DNA of 64,000 nucleotides from Perkinsus olseni (Eukaryota): NCBI GenBank assembly GCA_013115125.1, contig JABANN010000085.1, positions 1 to 64,000 of the forward strand, read 5' to 3'. Shown piece by piece: positions 1 to 13,234 of this stretch (position 1 is its first letter; each line of letters starts with the position of its first letter). The notes under the pieces were generated by a model. It saw only the letters and a program-made list of their open reading frames with translations, ran no database searches and was not told where the DNA came from. The position numbers and the translations under genes were made by a program.

Positions 1-363
1 CCCGTTTGTTTGAGATATATTCATTGTGCTCTGAACCAGATTTGGTCTGGTAAGTGGTCTGAATGTTATGATTATCAGTTTAAGATCGGTAAAGCCGGGT
101 CCCCTTTTTGTCCCACTTGTTTACGTTTGGGTGTCGAAGTTGTTGATGATGTAGATCATAGACTCTTTAGGTGTCCCAGATTTAGAGAGGTCAGATTACG
201 ATGTTTTGGCCTTTCTTCTCTGGAACCGGACAGATGCGATTACGTTGGTAGAAATACCGTTAAAGTCGCGCGGTTCGTTGCTTTGGCGAGAGATGTATGA
301 TTATCATACTATACATCTTTCCCTTCTCCATTCGGATGAATGGTCTTGGACCGTAAAAAAAAC
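1..363 (+). mobile_element. 3' end of a non-LTR (LINE-like) retrotransposon: C-terminal zinc knuckle of ORF2, short 3' UTR and A9 tail
   Basis: Frame ending at TGA 298-300 reads SPFCPTC...DDVDHRLFRCPRF, the CxxC..H..C knuckle typical of LINE ORF2 C-termini. It is followed by ~55 nt and A9 at 355-363. The RT domain is not in the window. Confidence 0.7.
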
Positions 364-430
364 ACACAGTATGAATACACAATGCTTACTAATATCGTTT
401 CAACACAATATGCCAAGACGCATTCAGAAA

Positions 431-3400
431 TCAATGGGCTGCAACGTGCTTGACAGAGTCATAGAAGTTGCCAAGGGCCTCGTCATCAGATGGGCCGGCC
501 GATGACTTCACAGCAGAGTGGAAAACTGCTGACATCTGCCTGGCTTCTTCTACTATAACCTGACGACAGCGCTAGCTCTAGACGGGCAGCCACAACGGTC
601 GTAGCAACCCCAACGCATCATCGTACAGCATCGTCGTCGAACATAGAAGGATGCGTCCCCGAAATTCCCGGCCTAAACTGACCTCAGGCAGTCCAGCGAT
701 CTTCGCTACGTGCATAGCATGGCTCTGTGGGCAACGACCCTCAGTGAACTTGTAGAGGAAGGTCACTTCGCGGGTGGTTGGGTTCACGAGGCATGCTTGG
801 TGGTATCTGCCGAGACCAGAGCAAGGTCGGACGCTGACTGTTGATGCATCACGAGAATAATGTGGACAGCAGAAGGTCCTCACAGTCCAGTATTGAGGAG
901 TGTTTCATCCTCGGCTAATTGATGGTAGTGAGTGGCGAATAGTGTACGGCAGCCAATGTGCTCCGAGATCCTCTTCAGCACGGCGTGAGCGATGGCAGCA
1001 CCGTCGAAGGTAGACGTTCCACGTCCTGAGAAATAGTATTATCTTAACGGGGACAAGGCGGTCGGTCGTCTCAATGGCCGAGAAAAGGTAAATACGAGCT
1101 GGAAAAATCTAATATTGGCCATCACCACAACGATAATTTCCGAAGTGACAGCCTGGGTCGATTCGAGTTTCACAAACGACAGGATGACGCTACCAAGCTC
1201 ATCGATGACCGCCAAGGAATCCTTCGTGGCGTGCTGGAGGACGGCTCCGGTCTCCTCAAGCTCGATGAGAAAGGTGCTCTTATTCTCAAGGATCGAGTCT
1301 CTGGCCCCGATTCTTGTGAAGATGCGATCCACTGGTGTCAAACGGAACCTAAAACTGAGACTGCCACACGATCAAAGAGGAAAATCCTCAAAGCGCATTG
1401 ATCCTCTCTCCGCCGAGGTGCGGTTCCGAGGGACGCTTGCACCGAGGGGCAGCCCCGTCCCTACGATGACGCCGGCACCCGACACCCCAGCTGCGCAATG
1501 ATGACAGCCGTAGCACTCAGACGGAGGACGGTACCTGCCAGCTGATTCACAAAGGCAAGTTCATATATCTATTATATACTCATTATCCGGTACGGGCAAC
1601 CTATAAGAAGCGAAACAAGCCAGCGACTTCACTTAGACATTTTTCTTTGTGTTTGAAGCCCAAACACCTCGGCTTCTCATCAGTGTAATGTAGGTCAAGA
1701 TTGAGTTGAGTAGCATTCAGCGTTCTCATCAGGCTCACTTTTGCCGCCCATATTAGGACCGGTGACCAGCAGCGTGGTCGGACTTGCATGAACGCCCATC
1801 TCCACGGTATTAGCCACGAACTCTCTCCCTGAACGCGCTAAGACAGCCTCCTGGACCTACACCGAACCAGGGCGTCACGTATCGGGCCTGCTAGTCAATG
1901 CCGTACCGGATGGCGCCCGTCTTGCAGGTCTAGGATGGGAACAGGGAAGTCCGCTGAGTCGAGGATCTCCGGTCGGCACATGGGCCCACTTCCGGGCCGA
2001 GAAGCCTCCGAAAGCGAGAGCAGACAGTCGAGTGTAGCCAGCCTCTGAACCTAACATCGATCAGCTTCGCCATGATCGACTAACATCAAAATTTCGCCGG
2101 CGAGGGGAAGACGAGACGAGTGCCACCTACCATATCCTGCAGCCGGACGGTGTGCTTGTGGAAGTCCTTGAATAGCTGTGCCATGAAGGGATAGAGGCAG
2201 TCCTTCATCTGCTCCTCAGTCTTCTCCAACTCATCTGTCATTTCGCGTATCTAGCAACGCCCACCTTCTCCAACCCACCACGCAGTGCATGCCCACTTCC
2301 TGCGACAGAAGCCTGACGAAGCCCTTCCTCGTACTGGAGACCTCAAGACCATGCTCTTCCAAGTTTCGCGGCGCACAACGCTCAGGAACTTCGATTTCGT
2401 ACCTGACCGTCAGCTGCGTGTATCCGACCGTCCAGGCTTATGACCGGTCTACCTGTACTTAACGCTGACGAACTTAGCCTCTTGCATTTTGCACCCTTTA
2501 AGATGCTCATTGCAGATTTTCTTCAGTTCCTCTTGTAGATCGGATTTGATACTCGCTATCTTCGACCTGGCTTCGTCGTAGGCTGGATAGCACCCTGAAG
2601 ATGGAACCCGTCGACTGTACAGATTCCAAAATTTCCTGCGAAAATTGAAAATTTGTATGAGACTATCAGTTTGCGTGATGCACATATTTTCCCTCCGAAT
2701 TCGAATCTTCTGCTACTTCACCCTTGCAAGTCCAATCAACCCAGTAAATCCCCTTCTGGAGCGTAAAACAAAGTAGGCTGCGTCCGCAAGGGCGCACCGC
2801 TAGGGCTTACCCGGAGAAGGAGAGTATCCTGTAACTTCACTGCCCTGTACTCTGCTGCCCAGCTCATCCAGGATACCATCGACATGGCCAAGCTCCCCCA
2901 CTGGAACGAGCTCATCGAGCAATGCCGGCAGTTTGTCGCCGCCATCACGAACCTTTCCAGAGTCAAAAACAGCACTACGCTGTCAGCACATAAAACTACC
3001 ATCCTTCGCGCAGACTGGGCCTACCTTAGCAAGGCAATCGTCGGCCTCCTTCAGGGCGGCCAACAGCTCCATGAACTGTGCTATACGCGAGGACTCCACC
3101 TACCACGCAAGCAGTGGAAGAGTTTCAAGCTTAGCAACGGAGTACTTCACCGTAAAGAACGGCCTTCCTTTCCATCTGCAGACCGAGGGCGAACACTCTA
3201 TTCTGTCTTCTCTCGATGTCCGGCAGTTTGCCCATCTTCGAGCGGAGTTCGCTGAAGCCGAGACGCTGCGATGGGCCGACTCAGAGAGGCGATGAGAAGC
3301 ATGGATGCGCTCTATCTTTCATGTTCAACATCAAAAGAGGAAAGTATCATGATGTTGACTATTACGACAGTATTTGATATACGGCTGAATCCAACTTCAA

Positions 3401-6400
3401 CGCTTGCACCAAAGAGTTGGCGAGAGTATAAGAAGAGGAAACGACTAATACAAGTATGGAAAGAGTTATGATAAGAATAGCAACCTACGATGAAACTAAT
3501 ATAAAACAGCTCAATAATACAGTCACGAAACAGAGGCCACTATGCCATGTGGCAGCAGCGATACTCAAACGGAAATGAAAATGTGCAACATGCGAGGCTG
3601 AGGCAACAAAAAAACCACCATTACTCCCAGAAGAAGAGGTCATATCTACGTCGAGATCCTGCGGTGGATAGCCGAATGTTCGAAGTCCCAGCTTACGAGA
3701 CTAGTTCCCCTCTCTCCAGGAGCCAGTCCACAACATCAAGTCTTCTATCGATGTCCACCTTCCTTCTCATCGGACAACACACCCATTGCCGCAGCATTCG
3801 CTTGCCGAAGGGAGTGACCGTGTGGTCTAGGTGCTCCAGCAAGGAGCCTTCCAACTTACCATCGGTATCTACAGAAGAGAAGATACCCCAAGCCTCCGTC
3901 AGAGGCGCGGATAGCAACTCACTCCGAAGGACTTCCAGCTGCTCCAAAGCATTGGCGTCGAGTATCAAACCAGCACTGCTCGCATCGGATGTACTCAGCC
4001 TCTCCCAAGTAGCGAAGGACGTCACCTAAATACGGTGGCACAAGAGGACAGTAGAGCCGAACGCATCATCACCGAGCGTGACCCCTAAGAACCCCACGGG
4101 CAAGGACGCTCTCCTTTTCTCACCGCTTCGTAAAGCATCGCCTGGCGCAGATACGCCAGGACGGCACCGCACGCTCTTTGAACAGGCAGCGGTTCATCCT
4201 CCTGAAAAGAAGATACGCATCACGAAGCAGCACATCTCTCTCACATTGCCGTGCTTCGAGCTAAGACCCGTGTCGGGGTCCCAGTGCTGCCACTGCGTGA
4301 CAGTTGGTGGAACCGCAAGATTCTGCACGAGGCGATGCACCGCTGTTGGTATGGATTCTAAGGACGGACCACTGGAGACCACAAAAACTTTCCGGAACAA
4401 AAACCCATGTAAAAGAGCATGAGAAGATGCATTAAAAGGCCCGATCTCCCCTTAAACGACAGTTTCGTCGTGTGACCTAGTCAACTTCTGCCTCAGTGAA
4501 CACAGCCTGTATAACAGGCGATCAACCCCACCCTCTACCGAATTTTCGCTATGCTGAGAGTCCTAGCCTAAGACGACCGTTCTACAGGACCTGAAGAATC
4601 TTCACGGGACTGGGCCAGGAGCCGGACGGGCCCTCCAGGAACAACCTCACGTGAAGATGCATTGAGAGACTCACTCTCCCTCTAAACGATGATGTCGTCC
4701 CCATAAGTAGGCAATTTCGCTCTCAACAGACCAACGATCACCCTCTCCCTCTACTCAGCTTTCGGTATACTAAGACCACCGCCCTACAGGGCCTCGGGGT
4801 CTTCAGGCGCCGCAGACAACCTACTCTTATCGGCCAGCAGCTCTCTCGGTTGAAGTGTTATCAAAATCGTCCGCAGGAGCTGACGGTCAGGCTTGTCTTC
4901 GAACCAGCCATACTTGAAAGTGGAGGTTGTACAGTCAACCACACAGCAGCCGAACGACAGACGCTCACCCAAGGAGCCTGGCAGGAGAAAGAAGGCTCAA
5001 CCATCTCGAGAGGGTGCTCGACGACGTACCAGGATGGGCGGAAGCATCACCGAACCACAGAGCCATGAGGTATTTGGGCTGAGCTGGGGACGGCGACTTC
5101 TTCAGCATCACCTCATGCGTCAACGTCCCCGCGGAGTGGGCCTGGACAAGCAATCGCAGTGCGAATGGTTCCACACGACAGAGACCATCCTTAAGTGAGC
5201 AGGACTCATCATACGACGACGAGGCCATCCCAGGATGCATCTACTGATCGGTGCCGATGGGAGATGGTTGGACGAGCAACACTTGTCGATGAGTCAACTT
5301 CCTTTAACGATCTCTCCAGCGATTGGCTAGTATGATAGAGTGATGCTAGAAACGCAACGACCGCCATCCAGCAGCCCACCTGGCAAGCCTCTCTCTTCAC
5401 CACGGCATCGCTCTTCCTTCCCTGTCCTTTATTCATCTCCCCCACCCTCTCAACCTGCTCGACCACCACCGTACGGTATCCCGCATTAACGAGTATGCTG
5501 CTGTACTCATACAACGACACCTGCGACAAATACTACTCCTACGGACCACTCGAGAATTGGTGGAAATGTGGTATCTTGAAGAGGCGGCATTCGCTCGATC
5601 TATGGGAGGATCCACCGCGGACTCTCGGAACGGTCTCGCTATCTTTCTTGTCGTGTGACCGCCCATCACAGAGAACCAAATCACACGAACGCTCACCTCC
5701 GGGAAGCCAACATGTGGTTTCTTATTGTTCCCCATCCACCGCAAGTTGCAGGCGGCTTGAGCGAAGACCGCGTCGTAGTAGAAGATCTCGTAGAACTTGC
5801 CCACTTTGAACAAGGTAATCTCGTCAAAGTGCTTCGCCTTCACCTCCCAGTACTGCAACAGCATCGGCGTGCAGTGGCCCTCCTCCTTCTTTCGGCTCGC
5901 CGAGTCTACAACGAGTAAAACCTTCCAGCGCCCGAGCTCAGCAGCTAACGACTACTGTACGTGCGAGTTCGATATGAAAATGGCAATTCTCTTCAGGACC
6001 ATGCTTCATGAAGAATGACATCTCCAACGCATTTACAGTATGGTTCATCACGGAACTCTCTTGCACGAGAAGGATGTCATTTGGCGATTACAGTGGAGCG
6101 GTCTGACCTCTGAGATCAGGCACTCTCATGGTGGACTGATCGTAGTCTGGGTGGTCTGGTCGACGGCCCTTAGCGTCGGCAAGCTTGTCCGGATGCATCC
6201 AGCTCGGGTACGAGTACCTCAGAAAAGAAGATAATTTTTCGCACTTCGTCATCAATGATTCGATCGGGAGCGTGGCGTACGTGTCCCTAGTCTCGTAGTA
6301 AGCCCGAAGACATGCTGCAGCATAAGGGGGCCAACCTGACGGCGGAGCGGTGGACACTCGAAGGAGCATATCATTGTGCATCTCACCTCTAGCCTTGGCC

Positions 6401-7258
6401 TCGATCTCCTCCCTAGTGACCTCATAATCATCACCACTCGGGCTCTCCAAAGGTCTCCTCAATGCCAGGGTAACCGTATTCTCCGGTCGGGGCCTCAGTA
6501 CTGAGTATGGGAGTCATCACCGATTACTCATAAACCAATCGACGACCGGACGACCTCTCGATGCGGTAGCATCCCGTCGCGTCCTACCATCGGGCACTGC
6601 CGGGGAGGCCTCCGTGTCATATGTCAGCTCATGATACGACTCGACATCCAATGCCGACGCTGAATTAGCGCTCTCATAGTGAGCTCCTCGCGGCCGCTTG
6701 ACAGGCACCACCTGAGCATCAGGATCGCCCTCAATCGCGTCAAAACGGGCGCATACTATCGCGTCTCCCGATTCATGATCGTCAGAATCATCATCGCTGT
6801 TGTCATCAACGTATGTGAGTCTACGTTTTCTTCTCCCAACTGGCTGACTCTTCGCCTGTACTTGAGTCAACTCTTCGCTCACTAGAGAAGACCGCCTAAC
6901 CGGCGCAGTACTTGTCGTCGCCGAGGAGATGCTGAAGACAACGCTAGCGCTGTTCACGGCAGCCCGTCGGTTCCTCAACTCGCCCGCTCCTTCCAGGCAG
7001 GCTCCTTCTCAAACCGAAAAATTAGGCCCAGAGCGGTCACATCACCACCCAGAGGATGGACAGTGATGATAAGAGACCGATCCCAGCTCACCTCTCGACG
7101 GTTGCCGGCAAAGCGACCATCTCCACGTCTGTCGCATTACAGTGCAACGACGACGATGGTTTGTCCTCTTCCTTCTTTGGTAAGACTTTGAAGAAGGACA
7201 GTAACGAGCTCTGACGTTTGCCGCCGTCTGAGGCCGCACTGGAGCGGCGATTACTCAT
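431..7258 (-). CDS. MSH6: DNA mismatch repair protein MSH6 (MutS family), multi-exon
   Basis: N-terminal PIP box QSSLLSFF (~7190-7216). Mismatch-binding [25 protein letters not shown] (F-X-E). Also [11 protein letters not shown], Walker A TGPNMGGK (~1740-1765), [13 protein letters not shown]...[29 protein letters not shown] and [11 protein letters not shown] at 7258, TGA at 431-433. Confidence 0.95.
4420..4805. repeat. Diverged tandem duplication (~200-230 nt unit) inside an MSH6 intron
   Basis: GAAGATGCATT...CCCTTAAACGA...CCTCTAC...CTACAGG..TCTTCA occurs at ~4422-4605 and again at ~4653-4805. Confidence 0.6.
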
Positions 7259-7464
7259 AGAAATCCGAAGACCGCTACTATGGAAGCAACGTATTGACTC
7301 GAGTACTGCAACACAACCATGACGCTGCCACGCACAAGCACACAATTATAGTGTGATACAATAGCGAGCACTCCTGATGAGGTGGAATGGCTTCCACTAT
7401 GAAAGGGAGTCATGAAAGGTTACTCGGCGGACATGCTCACAGGAACATCGCGAAATGTCCGGCG
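7205..7464 (-). repeat. G3PDH-3'-end/intergenic/MSH6-5'-end junction, copy 1 (upstream of the intact MSH6)
   Basis: Highly similar to 11290-11473, 18130-18405 and 24350-24630 (shared core GAGCACTCCTGATGAGGTGGAATGGCTTCCACTATGAA). Includes the last codons and TAA of G3PDH. Confidence 0.9.
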
Positions 7465-7578
7465 CCTTGGTTTTTGCACACGAGGCGCGTTCCTTCTTAA
7501 TAGATTTCGAGATTTCTTGGTGAAGACTCGATTTTTCCGGTAAAATTCACACTCACATTCACAAGTATCTTACATTCA

Positions 7579-7975
7579 CAGTGAATGATTCACTGCACCC
7601 TGCCCACGGGTGTCAAATCTGTACGAAATAGTGGGAAAAACTCCGGCGGGTAGGTTTTCGTATAGGGGTATGCAACAGAATACGGAGATTCAGAATATAT
7701 ATTGGTTGCTGTCTGGATCGTTCCGTACGCGGAGAAACGGCGAAACGTATTTTCGTGCATTTCCTGCAATGTATATACTCTATGCGCGCAGCTAGTGGTA
7801 CCTGCAGAAGACCTTCCCGCCCTTTGCCGATCGCCCTACCAAGAGCTCACATGCGCATGAACCTAGTGCGCATGTAAATGCTTGAAAAACTACCCATTCC
7901 TCGCTTGTTACGCTAGCAGGCCTGTCGGCTGGCACGGCATGCCGTGCCGTGCCACCCTGCAGTGAATGATTCACT
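7579..7975. mobile_element. ~365-nt insertion flanked by a 16-nt direct repeat; possible DNA-transposon remnant
   Basis: CAGTGAATGATTCACT at 7579-7594 and 7960-7975. The insert is absent from the paralogous site at ~18515-18540. Its right end reads CAGGGTGGCAC on the minus strand. Confidence 0.45.
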
Positions 7976-8316
7976 AGTAATTTACATGTTACCGAACTCG
8001 GAAGAGCTTTTCCGGGAGAAGAAAGACTCCGAAAAGTTCGTGAGCTCGAGAATCGAAAGACTTGGAGAGCACTTCAATCGAAAACCGGGTGATCGCCTCT
8101 CTCGGGTGAACCGACTAACGGATAACTTTTTCATTGCTTTTAGGTATGAGTCATACCGTATGACTGATTACTAATCAGTGATTGGCGGGCTTCTGCCACA
8201 ACCGAAGATGACGTAGATGGCGGGCGCCTCTACTCCCCGTGGTGACATGACGCCGCATTGTGTTCATTGCGCAACTACGCCTAAGGCCAACTGGTCCAGA
8301 CCCCCCGGCTGTACAC

Positions 8317-8757
8317 CGGAATGACAACTCTCTCCTTACTTGCTTCCGTAGCAAAGAGATTCTCTTCACGAGGGTAACGCGAAACTGGTCCCCCGGTAAG
8401 TTCGTGTACAGGTCACCTACCCGTCCTAAGGTCAAGCTGGTCTACAAGGTACGCGATGATGGGGACGTGATGATACGAGTTAAATGCGGAAGGAGTGGTA
8501 CCCGTCGCTTCCGTTTCAAGCTGTCTGAACGCCTTGGGGCGCAGCGGACCTTCAAGTACTATGATGTGGAGCAAGTTGAAAGGAGAAAATCGCGCCATAG
8601 CTGGGAAAAGCTCCCGACGGCGGTGAAGCGTGCTTGACCCGGCTTGTGCTTGACATCTCTCGTTGCCGACGATCTCAAGAAGGTGGTCTTCGACACTGAC
8701 AGAACGATCTACGTACCGTTCCGAGATGCTCGTCTTCCCCCCATCAAGGCTCGGTGA
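8317..8757 (+). pseudogene. Secreted-family type A, 5'-deleted pseudogene
   Basis: Matches the 3' half of 19288-20129 (SPGKFVYRSPTRPKVKLVYKVRDDG...). The N-terminal half is missing and there is a premature TGA at 8635-8637 where paralogs have Cys. Confidence 0.85.
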
Positions 8758-9369
8758 TCTCTGTGCTCGAGTGGCTCGAGCGTGCTGTTACAGCACTGCT
8801 GTAGACCACCGGATGTTCGCTAATATTTCCCCTCATCAGTATTACCGAGCATCCTGGCCGACCCTGCGCTGCCAGCTTCCGCGTGCCGTCACACATCTGT
8901 TCGTCCGACATGATCCGCTTCCTACGGCCCAGTGGGCCGGGCCCACAATGTTTCCCCATCTTCTCTATAGGCTGTCACTGCTATCTGGCCCGCCATAACA
9001 CCCAGTACCATGGATGTTGCTATTACGTAACAGGTTGTCGGATAGACCGTCATAAGAGTATCGAAGCGACGTGAGGTGTAACGAGTCCTGTGCGGGAGAC
9101 GTACATGCTTAGATGAAGCCCGCTGACCTGTAGCGTACCAGCACTGAGGGTTAGTACGGAACATGGAACCGTTGACCTTGGCAAGAACTGCTCGAGGGGC
9201 CATTCGGTGAACGAATGAAGGATATGATATCAGTCAGTATGCATCAGCTCCCCGGTGGACACCGGTTATGATGATGAGCCCGTTGGGAAGTTCCGAAGGG
9301 CGAAGGCGACATCACTGGACGGCCGGCTGCCTGAATGACGCAAGTGGCGGGCGCCGTCGCCCGCCCGTC

Positions 9370-9440
9370 ACGAGTCGCGTCACTGCCGGGGAGGTGACGC
9401 CGGAACGAGTCGCGTCACTGCCGGGGAGGTGACGCCGGAA
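9370..9440. repeat. Tandem duplication, ~36-nt unit
   Basis: ACGAGTCGCGTCACTGCCGGGGAGGTGACGCCGGA occurs twice in tandem. Confidence 0.9.
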
Positions 9441-9606
9441 CGTTTATTGCTCAACAGCTCTGAGTCTGGCTCAGTGAGTCATCCGCTCCGTGATTGTCGG
9501 CACTATATGTCGTCAGCCTCGTCCGGATAGCTTCTCGATGGCTTTGCCGCTGTTACTCTCATTATGTCAGCTCCGTTGAAGATTTTCGCTCAAACCTTTC
9601 CTTCCA

Positions 9607-10466
9607 ATGAGCAACTCCATCCCGACATGGTTGGCGGTCATTCAAGCTGTGCTCATCGTCACGACGGCTCTGGAGCCTGGCACGTACATATACGAGGCAG
9701 TAGACTGTACCATAACTTACGCAGTTGACGAGAGTTTTAATGCTAGACTTTCCCTCCAATGACGAGTCAGTATCCTCCGCTTAAGCGTTCGGTCGTCGGC
9801 CACTCGAAACCTACTACCCTTCCTCCAGTGCCCCTGGTAAGCGATGATGGCAATAAAACATATTCCTACGACTTGGAAAAGGCGGATACTCTTTACCCCA
9901 AGGACCATCTGTTCAAGATGATCAAGCTTCTTTTTAGTGCTGCCGGGTGGGTCGACATGGATGACGACACCTTTCCACCAGCTGGTACTAAGACAGAAGA
10001 CTTCACTGTTATCACTCACGTGGACCCCAACGCCATTTCCATCAAGTTCCGGGGAGAGCCGATCATCCTCATGAAGAATGGGCGAGATGCTGTGCCTGGT
10101 AAATACGTGTACAAGCCACCTACCCGTCCTAAGTTCAAGGTGGCTTATAAGATACGCCATGATGGTGGTGTGAGGATACGAGTCAAATGCGGGAAGCGTG
10201 GCACCCCTCGCTTCCATTTCCGGGTTTCCGAGCGCTTCGGGCTGGGGAACATCTCCAAGTACTACGCCGTGGAGCCCAAAATGTTAAAGGCTAGTAGCAC
10301 GCAATATGTCTGGAACGATGTATTGAAGGCAATCAGAGCGGCTTGCCCGAGTAAAGCACCCCCTATGCGGCCAGACGACCTCAAGCACGTTGTGGTTGCC
10401 AATGAGACGACGATTTTTGTGCAATTCCATGGATCTCGTCTACCTCTCACCAAAGTCTCTCTGTGA
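9607..10466 (+). pseudogene. Secreted-family type B, one frameshift near 9750 (pseudogene or sequencing error)
   Basis: MSNSIPTWLAVIQAVLIVTTALEPGTYIYE from ATG 9607 stops at ~9760. The rest is in ORF 9759-10466 (PGKYVY...VKCGKRG...ACP...DDLKHV). Confidence 0.75.
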
Positions 10467-10814
10467 GTAATTCATTGAATGACTGAGTTGCTCGGAAATC
10501 ATCTTCTCGAGAGACATGAGGAGCAACGTGCCGTATATCCCACGCTGTCCGTTGGATCACTACTAGCGGATGGGCGACGGATTTATTGTTCTCATCATAA
10601 CTATTGAGTTATGGTACCATAAGATACCCGTTCAAGACTTGTTTTACTCAACACGAGAAACTTTTCTATCTTCCCTCCCGTACGAACGAGGTTACTCAAT
10701 GAACCATGTTTGTCGCGTTTGGTGAATTGCTAGTAGGTCTGAGATCGCTCGGGAGCCTCCAGCATAGCCAAGACAGCCCCGCAGGTCCCGAGCTGGGACC
10801 GTCCAAAATGGCAC

Positions 10815-11275
10815 ATCGCTTACCCGGAGATGGAGAGTATCCTGCGACTTCACTTCCCTGTACTCTGCTACATAGCTCATCTAGAATACCATCGACATAT
10901 CTGAGCTCCTCCACTGGAGCGAGACCATCGAGCAACGCCAACAGTGGGTCGGCGCCATCACGAACCTTCCCAGGGCGCCCAAGTGCCACTTTACAGGGAG
11001 ATCGAACCGAATCCCCGCGAGTCAAAAACAGGTCAGAAAACTGCCATTCTTCGTGCTGACTAGGACCTACCTTAGCAAGGCAATCGTCGGCCTCATTCAG
11101 AGCGCTCAGTAACTCCATGAACTGCGCTATTGAGTAGCGCAGTCGAATAGCGGCTATTCGAGAGGACTCCACCTAACGCGAGAGCAGTGGAAGAGTTTCG
11201 AGGTTGTCAACGGCATACTTCACCGTAGAGAACGGCCTTCCTCTCCATCTGCAGGCCGCGGGCGAACACTCGAAT
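10815..11275 (-). pseudogene. MSH6: Internal MSH6 fragment (diverged, intron-containing DNA-level copy)
   Basis: Aligns to MSH6 ~2805-3200 with introns retained, then jumps to the MSH6 start/upstream junction at ~11290. Confidence 0.85.
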
Positions 11276-12358
11276 CGAGTAACTCGATCATGGGAATCCG
11301 ACGGCCAATACTGTAAGCAGCCTATCGACTCAGCTACTGCAACACAACTACGACGCTGCCACGCACATTGTGCGTCGCACAAGCACACGATTATAGTGTG
11401 ATGCAATAACGAGCACTCCTGATGAGGTGGAATGGCTTCCACTATGAAAGGGGACATGAAAGGTCGTTACTCGGAGTTGTTTAAGGTTTTACAATTATCC
11501 GAACTCGGAGGAGCTTTCCCGCGAGAAAAAAGCTCCATTTTTTTTGGGCTCGGGACCCGGAAAGCTTAAAAAGCACTTCAATCGAAAGCCGAGAGATCGG
11601 CTTACTCGGGAACCGACTAAATTACGTGAACCGCAATCAAGAAAAAGCTCGGCTATAGAGTTATGGTGTTGGACGCACACTGTGTAGTATCAGCGCTGTT
11701 CGTCAAGCACAATACACACTGTTATGTCTCCAATTGTCAACGGATACTGTCTCCATTGATTGTGTTACACTGAGCTAGATAGCGTTACGTTTGCAATCAT
11801 AAGTATACAAACAAATAAGGTTTCATCAATTCTACGTCTAGTATGTCGGGTTCACCAACCATGGGGTCACAACAACACTATAGGTTAGGTATCTTAGCAG
11901 GAGTTCATTGAGCCATATCCGAGGCGAACAGCCATTGCTTGTAGATATGACGGCTTAGCGGCCTGTTACTCATTAGGCGCCGATCGTCTTGTGCACGTGT
12001 GCATAGCTTATCCCCCTCGAAAGAGTAAGCTTACAGTAGAAGAAAAGGTGGATAGGCTTTACTCTCTTACTCGCCTTGTGTTGACTATGAGCAGCAGTAG
12101 ATAAGCTCTACGCTCCCTCTCGCCTTGCGTTGCCTATGAGCAACAACGGAGAAGCAACACGGCCATATGCCACAGCCGAAGATGGCGGGCGTCGCTGCTC
12201 CCTCAGGGTGACGTGACGCGTTCATTGCACAACTATGCCAATGGTAAACAGGTCAGCGCGCCCCGCTGTACATCGTCGACATCTCGCCGGGAAAAAGCCT
12301 CTCGGCGGGTAATTCTCTCGCGGCATGCACTCTCCTCAATGTAGTTTTCGACGAGAGT

Positions 12359-13234
12359 ATGATTCACTTCGTCCCGACTTGGCTGATAGCGATCCAAGCT
12401 CTGTTCATGACGAGCGCTCAAGAGGTTGACCAGTACATCCACGAGGCGGAAGATTTTACAATGTCCTACAGAGTGAACGAGGACTATGAAGCTGTTTTCG
12501 AATTCTCGGCACGACCGAGACCGGGTTTCTCTCCTGACGGTACTTCCACCACTTTCAGTATGCAGGTCTTCCTCCTGGGTTATATGAAAAGTTCAACTTA
12601 CTACCACCATGTAGGATGGGACATTCCCTTCTCAAGCCTGACTAATCTGCACCCTGCTATCGGTCGCAGTTTACGAGCAGCTGGTGTGATTGGGTCGGAT
12701 AGCACCTCCCCACCTGCCGATATTCAGGAGAGTCACTCTTCAAGAGTGACTTGCGATATCTCATTCGCACGTCTGATGACTTTCTCCGCACTCACTTTCT
12801 TAACAAAGAGATTCTTCTCATGAGGGTTACGCAAGGCATGTCCCCGGGTAAGTTCGTGTACAGGTCACCTACCCGTCCTAAGGTCAAGCTGGTCTACAAG
12901 ATACGGGATGATGGGGACGTGATGATACGAGTTAAATGCGGAAGGACTGCTACCCGTCGCTTCCGTTACAAGCTGTCTAGAGTCTAGACGCCTTCGGGCG
13001 CAGCGGACCTTCAAGTGCTATGATGTGGAGCCAGTTAAGAGGAGAAGATCGCACCATAGCTGGGACGATCTACTGAAGGCGGTGAAGCGTGCTTGTCCAG
13101 ACATACCTCTGGTTGCTGACGATCTCAATAAGGTTGTCTCCGCTACTGATAGAACAATCTACGTACCGTTCCAAGGAGCTCGTGTAGAGAGCCTGTGAGA
13201 GCCTCAGTGAGAGCCTCTCACCAAGGTCAGGTGA
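12359..13234 (+). pseudogene. Secreted-family type A, frameshifted
   Basis: MIHFVPTWLIAIQALFMTSAQEV signal peptide. A +14-nt scar at 12727-12748 shifts the frame, with further insertions at ~12975 and ~13186-13221. Confidence 0.85.

Noticed and set aside
4420-4805. Duplicated MSH6 segment as mutually exclusive exons
   Set aside because: One copy has stops in all three minus-strand frames and neither shows MutS similarity, so it is intronic.
10815-11275. MSH6 fragment as a retrocopy or functional paralog
   Set aside because: It retains introns, carries insertions and lacks most domains, so it is a DNA-level pseudogene fragment.
12727-12748. The +14-nt inserts as micro-introns that restore the frame
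   Set aside because: No GT-AG pair gives the right frame here, and the 19656 insert has no AG acceptor.
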